NCBI GenBank assembly: GCA_030583845.1
Contig: CP129478.1
Location: 907,686-971,685 of the forward strand
Reading direction: 5' to 3'
Source of the DNA: Candidatus Dojkabacteria bacterium
GTDB taxonomy: Bacteria > Patescibacteriota > Dojkabacteria > SC72 > JAHDCA01
DNA: 64,000 bases
A program made the translations under genes and the position numbers. Position 1 is the first letter of the stretch. Each line of letters begins with the position of its first letter. This document shows positions 42,687 to 50,853 of this stretch, piece by piece. A model generated the notes under the pieces. That model did no database searches and had not been told where the DNA came from. It saw only the letters and a list, made by a program, of their open reading frames with translations.

Positions 42687-44786
42687 ATGAAAGAGAGTCG
42701 TGGCTTCGCAAAGGTGATCAAGCGTGATGGACGCAAAGTTTCATTTTCCAAGCAGAGGTTGACCAATTCTATCTATAAGGCTGCCGAAGTAATCGGAGGC
42801 AGTGACAAACAGAGGGCGGAAGAGGTAGCGTCAGAAGTTATTAGCAAATTAAAAAAATCAAACGACGGTTCAGCCGTAAGCTCCACAGAAATATATCAGC
42901 AAGTTATTAGCACGCTTAAAGAGATGGGGCACGGCAAGACAGCGCACTCGTATGCTCTTTTCAGGGATATAAATAACAAGGCCAGAAATATCAAATCGCT
43001 AATTGATGCGGAAGAGCTAGTGCGGGATTACATAGGTGAATCGGATTGGCGGGTCAATGAGAATAGCAATATGGCTTACTCATGGCAGGGGCTAAACAAT
43101 CATATCTCATCCTCTGTACAGGCAAACTACTGGTTGCACACAATATACCCCAAAGAGATTGCAAATGCCCATATAGAAGCGGATATGCATATTCACGATC
43201 TGGGAATGCTGGCTATCTACTGCTGTGGATGGAGCCTGCAGGATCTACTATTGAGAGGATTTACTGGTGTTCCTGGGAAGGTATCGTGTGCCCCTCCAAA
43301 GCACTTCTCGACCGCACTTGGTCAGGTTGTTAACTTCCTCTATACATTGCAGCATGAAGCAGCAGGAGCACAGGCATTCTCAAGCTTCGATACATATCTT
43401 GCTCCATTCATCAGGTATGACAATCTTGACTACGGCAGAGTAAAGCAGGAAATTCAAGAATTTGTCTTCAATATGAATGTCCCAACACGGGTGGGATGCC
43501 AGACACCATTTACCAATATCACGATGGATATACTCCCTAGCGGTGCTTTGGCTGAGGAAAGCGTGATAATAGGGGGCAAACTGATGCCAGAAAAGTACAA
43601 AGACTTTGAACCAGAGATGCTGATGATTAATAAGGCCTTCGCAGAGGTAATGATGGAGGGCGATGCGAGTGGTAGAGTTTTTACATTCCCAATACCGACA
43701 TACAACATAACCAAAGATTTCGATTGGAACAACCCTGAGCTAACAGCTATCTGGGAAATGACAGCAAAGTATGGAATCCCATATTTCTCAAATTTCATTA
43801 ACTCAGACATGAACCCGGATGATGCGCGTTCTATGTGCTGCAGGCTAAGGCTGGATAACAGAGAGCTAAGAAAGCGTGGAGGAGGGCTGTTTGGCTCTAA
43901 CCCGCTTACAGGGAGTATCGGGGTTGTGACGATAAATATGCCCAGAATAGGCCACACGGCTAAGAGTAAGAAGCAGTTCTTTGAGAAGCTAGAGTCGATG
44001 ATGGAGCTAGCTAAAGAGAGTTTGATCATAAAGCGTAATGTGCTTGAGGATCTCTCTGAGAAGGGGCTCTATCCATACTCTCGCTACTATCTTTCAAGCG
44101 TGAAAGAAAGATTTGGTAAATATTGGAAGAATCACTTCAATACAATCGGAATTAATGGTATGAACGAGGCGTTGCTCAACTTTTTGGGCGAAGATATAAC
44201 TAGCGAGAAGGGTCATGCATTTGCTCTCGAGGTTATGGATTTTATGAGAGAGAAAATAGGTGGTTATCAAGAAGAAACAGGCGACATTTTCAACCTTGAA
44301 GCGACTCCAGCAGAATCGACAGCATATAGATTCGCGAAATCAGATGTTAAAAAGTATCCAGGGATTGTAGTAGCAAATAAGGAGGCTGACCTGGCTGACC
44401 CATACTACACCAACTCCTCACAGCTACCGGTGGGATTTACCGAGGATCTATTTGAAGCTCTCGACCTCCAAGATAGTTTGCAGTGCAAATATACTGGAGG
44501 GACTGTATTTCACGCTTTCCTTGGAGAGAGAATCCCGAATCTTGAGGCAACAAAGAAACTTGTAAAGCGAATGTGTGAGAAGTACAGTATGCCCTATTTC
44601 TCAATCACTCCAACATTTAGCATCTGTCCAAAGCATGGCTATCTTGAAGGAGAGCATGAGTATTGTCCGAGGTGTGACGAGGAGATCGGTTATGCACCTG
44701 ATGAGGAGGTTGTTGATGACTTGGCAAAGTCGCACTTATTAAGTCGGACTTATCAAGTCGCACTTCGTGAAGGCGGAGTTATATAG
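42687..44786 (+). CDS. nrdD: Anaerobic ribonucleoside-triphosphate reductase (class III), ending before the glycyl-radical motif
   Basis: 699 aa; N-terminal ATP-cone, class III RNR core and a C-terminal Zn site '…SICPKHGYLEGEHEYCPRC…'. The ORF ends '…DDLAKSHLLSRTYQVALREGGVI*' at TAG 44784-44786, with a second in-frame TAA at 44790-44792. No RVxGY motif is present. Confidence 0.9.
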   Translation: MKESRGFAKVIKRDGRKVSFSKQRLTNSIYKAAEVIGGSDKQRAEEVASEVISKLKKSNDGSAVSSTEIYQQVISTLKEMGHGKTAHSYALFRDINNKARNIKSLIDAEELVRDYIGESDWRVNENSNMAYSWQGLNNHISSSVQANYWLHTIYPKEIANAHIEADMHIHDLGMLAIYCCGWSLQDLLLRGFTGVPGKVSCAPPKHFSTALGQVVNFLYTLQHEAAGAQAFSSFDTYLAPFIRYDNLDYGRVKQEIQEFVFNMNVPTRVGCQTPFTNITMDILPSGALAEESVIIGGKLMPEKYKDFEPEMLMINKAFAEVMMEGDASGRVFTFPIPTYNITKDFDWNNPELTAIWEMTAKYGIPYFSNFINSDMNPDDARSMCCRLRLDNRELRKRGGGLFGSNPLTGSIGVVTINMPRIGHTAKSKKQFFEKLESMMELAKESLIIKRNVLEDLSEKGLYPYSRYYLSSVKERFGKYWKNHFNTIGINGMNEALLNFLGEDITSEKGHAFALEVMDFMREKIGGYQEETGDIFNLEATPAESTAYRFAKSDVKKYPGIVVANKEADLADPYYTNSSQLPVGFTEDLFEALDLQDSLQCKYTGGTVFHAFLGERIPNLEATKKLVKRMCEKYSMPYFSITPTFSICPKHGYLEGEHEYCPRCDEEIGYAPDEEVVDDLAKSHLLSRTYQVALREGGVI
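44725..44782 (+). repeat. 14-nt x3 tandem repeat plus shared 12-mer forming the nrdD 3' tail
   Basis: aagtcgcacttatt / aagtcggacttatc / aagtcgcacttcgt, followed by gaaggcggagtt. The latter is the reverse complement of 'aactccgccttc' at 34376-34387, and the aagtcgcactt unit equals the arm of the 34390-34416 palindrome. Confidence 0.5.
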
Positions 44787-44810
44787 AATTAAATTTATTA
44801 TATTAGTATT

Positions 44811-44942
44811 ATGGCAATCAAGCCAAAAAGACAGAAGTGTGAAGTATATTCGAGAGTGGTCGGCTATCTTAGGCCTGTCTCTCAGTGGAACAAAGGAAAG
44901 AAGTCTGAGTGGGTAGACAGAGTAGAGTATCGCAAGAAGTAG
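44811..44942 (+). CDS. Stand-alone 43-aa ORF encoding the class III RNR glycyl-radical motif
   Basis: Manual translation gives MAIKPKRQKCEVYSRVVGYLRPVSQWNKGKKSEWVDRVEYRKK*. 'EVYSRVVGYLRPV…NKGK' is the canonical NrdD C-terminal glycyl-radical segment. It is in the same frame as nrdD and separated from it by TAG and TAA. The six-frame track omits it because it is short. Confidence 0.6.
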   Translation: MAIKPKRQKCEVYSRVVGYLRPVSQWNKGKKSEWVDRVEYRKK

Positions 44943-44964
44943 AAGAATTTATTCTAGAACAGAT

Positions 44965-45660
44965 ATGGTTATCGCTGGCTTAGAGAAGCTTACACTTCTC
45001 GATTATCCTGGGCGGCTTTCCGCAATAATATTCACCTATGGGTGCAATATGGTCTGCTCATATTGTCACAACCCTGAGCTTGTTGTCGGAAAGCTAAATC
45101 GTAAGGCAATATATAGTGAAGACGAAGTGCTAAAGTTTCTTGAAACTCGCGTCGGAAAGCTAGATGCCGTCACTATAACAGGTGGTGAGCCCACAATGCA
45201 TAAAGACCTTCCCCAATTCATTAAAAAAGTTAAGGAGCTCGGCTTTGAATTAAAACTAGACACAAATGGGAGCTTTCCAAAGATAGTTGCTGCGATTGCA
45301 GAAACGGGGCTGGTGGATTACTGGGCGATGGACGTGAAGTATGCCGAAGAGCTTTATAGTCAAGGATTGAATGGCGGCCAGATGATTACCGGGATAAATG
45401 AGTCTATTCAGACTATAATGAATTGTGGCGCAGAGTATGAATTTCGTACAACATATATAAGGAGTCTACATAATGATGAAAGCGTAGAGAAGATTGGACA
45501 GATGGTTAATGGGGCGAAGTCATACTACATACAAAACTTCCGTCCTGGCAAGACAATAGACCCAAGCCTTACAGGCAAAGAGAGCTTTAAACCGAATGAG
45601 CTTGAGCATTTCGCACAAATAATGAGAAATTATGTGGATCGAGTAGAGATTCGGGCATGA
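44965..45660 (+). CDS. nrdG: Anaerobic ribonucleotide reductase activating protein (radical SAM)
   Basis: 231 aa; 'YGCNMVCSYCHNPE' CxxxCxxC cluster motif and a SAM-binding 'ITGGEP' motif. Confidence 0.9.
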   Translation: MVIAGLEKLTLLDYPGRLSAIIFTYGCNMVCSYCHNPELVVGKLNRKAIYSEDEVLKFLETRVGKLDAVTITGGEPTMHKDLPQFIKKVKELGFELKLDTNGSFPKIVAAIAETGLVDYWAMDVKYAEELYSQGLNGGQMITGINESIQTIMNCGAEYEFRTTYIRSLHNDESVEKIGQMVNGAKSYYIQNFRPGKTIDPSLTGKESFKPNELEHFAQIMRNYVDRVEIRA

Positions 45661-45669
45661 CTCTCGGGC

Positions 45670-46551
45670 TTATACAGTGCGCAATTTTTCTCTTAATGAA
45701 AAGAGTGAGGAGTTGACCATTGCAGGTATCCATCCACGCTTCATTCTTTTCCACATTGCCTTGAGCGAGTACCCATCAGCGAAGAACGGTCTAAACAGCC
45801 ACTCTAAGCCAAGCTTGCTGACCCATGCCGGCGGCGCCTTCTTTACTCCTGATATGTAGTCCAGAGTACCCCCCAGCCCTATTCCGACCTTTATACCTGT
45901 ATGTTTAAGGTTATCGTGCAGCCAGATCTCCTCGCGCTTTGGCGTGTAGCAGCAGAAAAGCACATCGGCACCGCTACTCTTCAAAATGTCGATCACAACC
46001 TGCCCCTCCTCTTCTTTGCGCTCGCCTGGGTAAATCTCGACAATCTCGAGACTGGGGTAAAGCTCCTGAAGTTTTTTTGCCGCTAAGATTCCAGTGTTGC
46101 CTGAACCAAAATCAAATCCACCAAGTATGGCAAGCTTATAATTTCGTTCTGCACATATCTTGGCGAGATCATATGCAACCTGAGAACCAGGTATTCGTTC
46201 TGGAACAATTTTTGTTAGCGAAGTCTTGTTGAAAATAATTGAGGCACCAGTTCCAATATATTGGCCGAGAACCTGTAACTTCCCAATCATGCCCCTGCTT
46301 TTGACCGGTCGTGACATAAATGTGGTGGCCCACAATATATATATCCCATCCGCAATTGATAGATCTGCGCCATTTAGGGCAGCTTTGAATTGCTCGTCAC
46401 TTTGTGCATTTACAATATATTCAGAGTAAGGAGTAACAATATACTTTCCTGGCGCACCGCTCTCAGCCAGTTCAGTGAACTCAGTGAGAAACTGCTCCCT
46501 TGTCAATGGGTTTATTTTGACTCCGTGTAATTCGACTATGGGTAATCTCAT
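45670..46551 (-). CDS. WecG/TagA/CpsF-family (GT26) glycosyltransferase
   Basis: 293 aa; '…GADLSIADGIYILWA…' and a C-terminal '…GIGLGGTLDYISGVKKAPPAWVSKLGLEWLFR' typical of UDP-ManNAc(A) transferases. Confidence 0.65.
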   Translation of the reverse strand: MRLPIVELHGVKINPLTREQFLTEFTELAESGAPGKYIVTPYSEYIVNAQSDEQFKAALNGADLSIADGIYILWATTFMSRPVKSRGMIGKLQVLGQYIGTGASIIFNKTSLTKIVPERIPGSQVAYDLAKICAERNYKLAILGGFDFGSGNTGILAAKKLQELYPSLEIVEIYPGERKEEEGQVVIDILKSSGADVLFCCYTPKREEIWLHDNLKHTGIKVGIGLGGTLDYISGVKKAPPAWVSKLGLEWLFRPFFADGYSLKAMWKRMKRGWIPAMVNSSLFSLREKLRTV

Positions 46552-46689
46552 AGTGTATTAAGATATCTGAAATTTCTACATTTTACATTTTAGGTTCGAA
46601 CTTGTATATTGTATTCAAGTGACCTGTAACAGTTCACATGAGTGACTGATATGGATCATGGTTCGACATAAAATTTTTATTTATATTTC

Positions 46690-47325
46690 ATGAAAACAGC
46701 CCAGAAATCATTTGCATTCGCTTTTATCGCAGTTTTGCTACTTTTTACTTTTGTTCCATCATCATACGCAATCGACACAAACTTGCCACCAAGTCCTACT
46801 CAGGAGCAGATAGAGGCTGAGAAAGCTCGATTGAAGGCATTAAAGCAGAAGATGCTGGAGGAAAAAAACAATATAGCAATCTCGAATGAGAAGTGCGCAG
46901 CAGTCCAGGAGAAAGTTCAAAGCAAACTAAATGGCTACTCGAAGACAGAGGGTAAGTATACAGATAGGTATAGTAATATTGTGTCAAAGCTTGAGGAAGT
47001 AAATACGAGCCTTAAAGAGAGTGGTTACGATACATCAGAGCTTGAAGCAAATATTGAGACTTTGAAAGGCTTGGTCACGGTTTTCCAAGAGGATTATGAA
47101 GACTTTAAAACTGAGCTTCAGTCGGTAGATGAAGCCGCCTGCGAGCAAGGAGAAGCTGCTTTCTTGGAGAAGATGGAGGAAGTCAGAGCAAAGATGAAGA
47201 AGGTTCGGGATGATGCATCTGAGATTAGAGTATTCATAAAGGGCACATTACGCCAAAGCCTTATGGATCTGAAGGAGCAGGTAAAGCAGGATCAGCAGGA
47301 TAATAAGGAGAAAGATAATGAGTAA
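46690..47325 (+). CDS. Hypothetical secreted coiled-coil protein
   Basis: 211 aa; signal peptide, then a charged helical region rich in E/K/Q. Confidence 0.4.
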   Translation: MKTAQKSFAFAFIAVLLLFTFVPSSYAIDTNLPPSPTQEQIEAEKARLKALKQKMLEEKNNIAISNEKCAAVQEKVQSKLNGYSKTEGKYTDRYSNIVSKLEEVNTSLKESGYDTSELEANIETLKGLVTVFQEDYEDFKTELQSVDEAACEQGEAAFLEKMEEVRAKMKKVRDDASEIRVFIKGTLRQSLMDLKEQVKQDQQDNKEKDNE

Positions 47326-47638
47326 GCAGAGGAGATCTATTGTAGTTGCAGCGGTATTTATAGGCCTACTGGCGATAGCTTTTGGGGGTGTAATGGTATA
47401 CGGCACTATGAGTGAGAAAGGACCACTATCGCTTTCAGAAGTACTTGCCGATCTTGACAGTGACATTGGGGAATTGGACGCAGATAGCGATATGAGTGAT
47501 CTTACGGCAGATCAGCTTGGTATGGAGTATGTATCTGAGAGCATTGATCAAACCGTAGAGGAAAATGAAGGATCTGTGGACGAGCTCGACGAGGCTCTTG
47601 ACCTTTCCGACCTAGATGCCGACGATTTCGGCTACTAA
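47318..47638 (+). CDS. Small membrane-anchored highly acidic protein
   Basis: 106 aa; one TM helix, then an Asp/Glu/Ser-rich tail. It overlaps the upstream gene by 8 nt. Confidence 0.35.
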   Translation: MSKQRRSIVVAAVFIGLLAIAFGGVMVYGTMSEKGPLSLSEVLADLDSDIGELDADSDMSDLTADQLGMEYVSESIDQTVEENEGSVDELDEALDLSDLDADDFGY

Positions 47639-47649
47639 TGTATCTTTCT

Positions 47650-49626
47650 TTATCCCACCGCATTTTTTAGATCCTTGATCTGGTCTCGTATTTCAGCGGC
47701 CTTCTCAAACTGTAGGTTTTCAGCAGCGATAAACATCTTATCTTCAAGGTCTTTGATAAGGCTCTTTACCTTGCTTTTCGGAGGCTTGCTCTCTTCTATC
47801 CATGCAGCATAATCAAGCGGAGTATCGTCTATCTCGTCTTTCTTCAGAGATTCACGTATCCCTTTCTGGATGGTGGTTGGGGTAATGCCATGCTTCGTAT
47901 TATATTCTTCCTGGAACTTTCTCCTTCTTCTCGTCTCTGTGATCGCATATTTCATGCTATCAGTTTCCTTGTCAGCATAAAGAAGAACTCTTCCTTCTTG
48001 ATGTCTTGCAGCTCGACCAATAGTTTGTACTAGGCTGGTTCGTGACCTTAAGTAACCCTCTTTGTCTGCATCCAAGATAATTACGAGGGATACCTCGGGT
48101 AGGTCGATACCCTCACGTAGTAGATTGATTCCCACCAATACATCAAATTCGCCCAGCCGTAATTTTCTTAGGACATCGACTCTTTCAACAGTATCTTGGT
48201 CAGAGTGTAAGTAATGAACTCTAATATCCATATCCTCGAGATAGGCAGATAGATCTTCTGCCATACGTTTCGTAAGAGTTGTGATAAGGACTCGTTGACG
48301 CTTTTTAATGTTTGCGTTTACCTCAGCAATGACATCATCGATCTGATTCATAGTTGGGCGTACATCGATAATTGGATCAAGTAGGCCCGTTGGCCTTGTA
48401 AGCAGCTCGACAACATTCTCATCGCTATCTTTTATCTCCCACTGTGTTGGAGTTGCTGAGACATATGTTGTTACCCCTTGGCGCTGCCTAAATTCTTCAA
48501 AGTTGAGCGGTCGATTATCTCGTGCTGTAGGTAGCCGGAAGCCGTACTCAATCAAAGTCTCCTTGCGGGCTGCATCACCCTTTGACATCCCACCAATCTG
48601 AGGAACAGTTATGTGGGATTCGTCTATAAATAGAAGGTAGTCGTCTGGGAAGTAATCCATCAATGTATATGGAGGGTCACCGACCTGACGATCTTCGAAG
48701 TAGATCGAGTAGTTCTCCATCCCTTTGCAATAGCCAACCTGAAGCAGCATCTCAATATCATAGGTAGTTCTTTGCTTCAATCTTTGCGCCTCGACGATCT
48801 TGCCCATCTTGTTGAGCGCCTCAACCTGGATCTCCATATCTTTTCTTATCTCTTCTGCAGCCTTATTTACAACATCGTAGTCGAAGATAAATGTCCTAGA
48901 AGGGAAGATTTCGATCTTATTGATCTGGGCTAATTTCTGGCCTGTAAGGGCATCAATGTAGTTTATCTCTTCAAGCTCGTCTCCGAAGAACTTTAATCTG
49001 ATTGGGAGCTCATGGTATGGAGTAAATATATCTACGATATCCCCTTTTATCCTAAATGAGCTTGGAGTAAAGTCGGTCAAATCTCTTTGATACTGCATTA
49101 ATACCAGATCTCTGCTTAGCTTTGAGATTGGGAAGGAATCACCAACCTTCATTGTGATCGAGTGGCCTTGATAATTTTCAGGATTGCCTATGTTGTATAT
49201 ACATGAGACTGAAGCGACAATTATTACATCCTTCCTCGTAAGCGCAGCATACATGGCCGAGTGTCGCATCCGCTCAATCTCATTGTTAATATCGGACTCT
49301 TTCTCAATATAGAGATCTTTGCCTGGGATGTAGGCTTCAGGTTGATAGTAATCGTAGTATGAAACGAAATATCTAACCGCATTGTCAGGGAAGAACTCGA
49401 CAAACTCCTCGTATAGCTGTGCTGCCAAGGTTTTGTTGTGGGATAGTACAAGGGTAGGGCGGTTGGTTCGTGCAATCGCGTTTGCCATCACAAATGTCTT
49501 TCCAGAGCCTGTTACGCCAAGTAGAGTCTGCTTATTGACCTTATTATCAATATTGCTGACGATCTGCTGTATGGCTTTTTCCTGGTCGGGGGAAGGAGTA
49601 AGTTGTGTGCTTAAAGTGAAACTCAC
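47650..49626 (-). CDS. uvrB: Excinuclease ABC subunit B
   Basis: 658 aa; 'GVTGSGKTF' Walker A, a helicase C domain and a C-terminal UVR motif 'LQFEKAAEIRDQIKDL'. Confidence 0.95.
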   Translation of the reverse strand: MSFTLSTQLTPSPDQEKAIQQIVSNIDNKVNKQTLLGVTGSGKTFVMANAIARTNRPTLVLSHNKTLAAQLYEEFVEFFPDNAVRYFVSYYDYYQPEAYIPGKDLYIEKESDINNEIERMRHSAMYAALTRKDVIIVASVSCIYNIGNPENYQGHSITMKVGDSFPISKLSRDLVLMQYQRDLTDFTPSSFRIKGDIVDIFTPYHELPIRLKFFGDELEEINYIDALTGQKLAQINKIEIFPSRTFIFDYDVVNKAAEEIRKDMEIQVEALNKMGKIVEAQRLKQRTTYDIEMLLQVGYCKGMENYSIYFEDRQVGDPPYTLMDYFPDDYLLFIDESHITVPQIGGMSKGDAARKETLIEYGFRLPTARDNRPLNFEEFRQRQGVTTYVSATPTQWEIKDSDENVVELLTRPTGLLDPIIDVRPTMNQIDDVIAEVNANIKKRQRVLITTLTKRMAEDLSAYLEDMDIRVHYLHSDQDTVERVDVLRKLRLGEFDVLVGINLLREGIDLPEVSLVIILDADKEGYLRSRTSLVQTIGRAARHQEGRVLLYADKETDSMKYAITETRRRRKFQEEYNTKHGITPTTIQKGIRESLKKDEIDDTPLDYAAWIEESKPPKSKVKSLIKDLEDKMFIAAENLQFEKAAEIRDQIKDLKNAVG

Positions 49627-49692
49627 ATCGCAATTTTATCACGTAGCGATAATTTCGAGAAACAAACAGGTGAATAATGGACAAAGGTGGTC

Positions 49693-50649
49693 TTATTTGC
49701 TCGTCCAGTTCCACACCCCATCCCAATCATCCTTTGGTGCGAGGCTCAGTTTCTTGATTCGCTGTGACATAAGCTTTGAAGGATTGTCGTCGTACAGTAT
49801 CTGGAACTTGTGCATTGCGTGGTAGAACTTGCCAGAAAGGTAAAGCTTCAATGCCTGCTCGTAAACTTCTCGCTTGGCTAGATTTTCATTGGAGCGGCGC
49901 ATTGGCTCGTATATATGCAGGACTGTTGAAGAGCCTTTAACCTGGACGATATCCACCTTTCTAAAGATGAAGTCATGTGTGTCACGTGCGTACTGAGACG
50001 GGAATGATAAAAGAGCTTCGACCCCATACTTTCTGGTCAAGCCCTCTAATCTCGATGCTATATTTACATTTTTGCCTATAAGGGTTTTGGTCTTGCTGTT
50101 TGATTGCGAACTACTCCCAAGATATCCAATTGTTGCAGGGCCTTCGTGAACACCAACACCTATAGTGAAATCTACATTTGTTGCCGTCGAGTACTCATTG
50201 GATAATTCTCTAAGTTTTTCTTGAGTATTTAGGACTAGCTTATAAGTTACATCCTTGTCCTGAATATTCCAATATGCAAGAATCCCGTCACCGAGGTATT
50301 TATCTATTTTCCCGTCATTCTGCTTAATGATCAAACTGGCTTTGGTAAGGAAGTTGTCGAGCATTATGAAAAGGTCGTGTGATGAAAATTTCTCTGACAT
50401 CTGTGTAAAGCCTTTAATATCAGAAAAAAGAATCATCAGATTCTCCCGTACAGGGTGCTTATACTTTTCCTCAAAGAATCCTCGCTGATAGAAGTTTAAA
50501 AGCTTCTTGTTAAACATTTTCCCCACACCGGCAAATGATGAAGCTGTCGGATAAGCTGTATTTAGATTCAAGTAGATCATAACATCATATAATCTATTAT
50601 ATTCATCATGGCGGTCAAGTGGCGTCGCTATAATCACTGATAGTGGCAA
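49693..50649 (-). CDS. Class III adenylate/guanylate (nucleotidyl) cyclase domain protein
   Basis: 318 aa; 'LMILFSDIKGFTQMSE…DKYLGDGILAYW' matches the CYC/PF00211 catalytic core. It is flanked by N- and C-terminal regions of about 70 aa each with no TM helix. Confidence 0.65.
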   Translation of the reverse strand: MPLSVIIATPLDRHDEYNRLYDVMIYLNLNTAYPTASSFAGVGKMFNKKLLNFYQRGFFEEKYKHPVRENLMILFSDIKGFTQMSEKFSSHDLFIMLDNFLTKASLIIKQNDGKIDKYLGDGILAYWNIQDKDVTYKLVLNTQEKLRELSNEYSTATNVDFTIGVGVHEGPATIGYLGSSSQSNSKTKTLIGKNVNIASRLEGLTRKYGVEALLSFPSQYARDTHDFIFRKVDIVQVKGSSTVLHIYEPMRRSNENLAKREVYEQALKLYLSGKFYHAMHKFQILYDDNPSKLMSQRIKKLSLAPKDDWDGVWNWTSK

Positions 50650-50853
50650 ATGGCCATACCTGAGCAGGAAAATGTGGCGCTATTTATTGCTGACAAGCGA
50701 TAGGAAAATTTAATAAGTCATTTTTGCAGTGTGTTGTGCAGACTATCGATAGTAGGCACCGCCGTTCGGTTGTGCATCCTTGAGACTTTGAATTGCGTAG
50801 AGGGAAAGAATTTAATGAAATCTTCATGAAAAATTTCCAATTCACGTATATAA

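Noticed and set aside
44784-44813. Simple frameshift or readthrough joining nrdD to the glycyl-radical ORF
   Set aside because: The two ORFs are already in the same frame, separated by TAG and TAA. Neither other frame stays open across the junction. Both stops are TAG/TAA, not TGA, so the TGA-to-Gly recoding known in some CPR lineages cannot apply.
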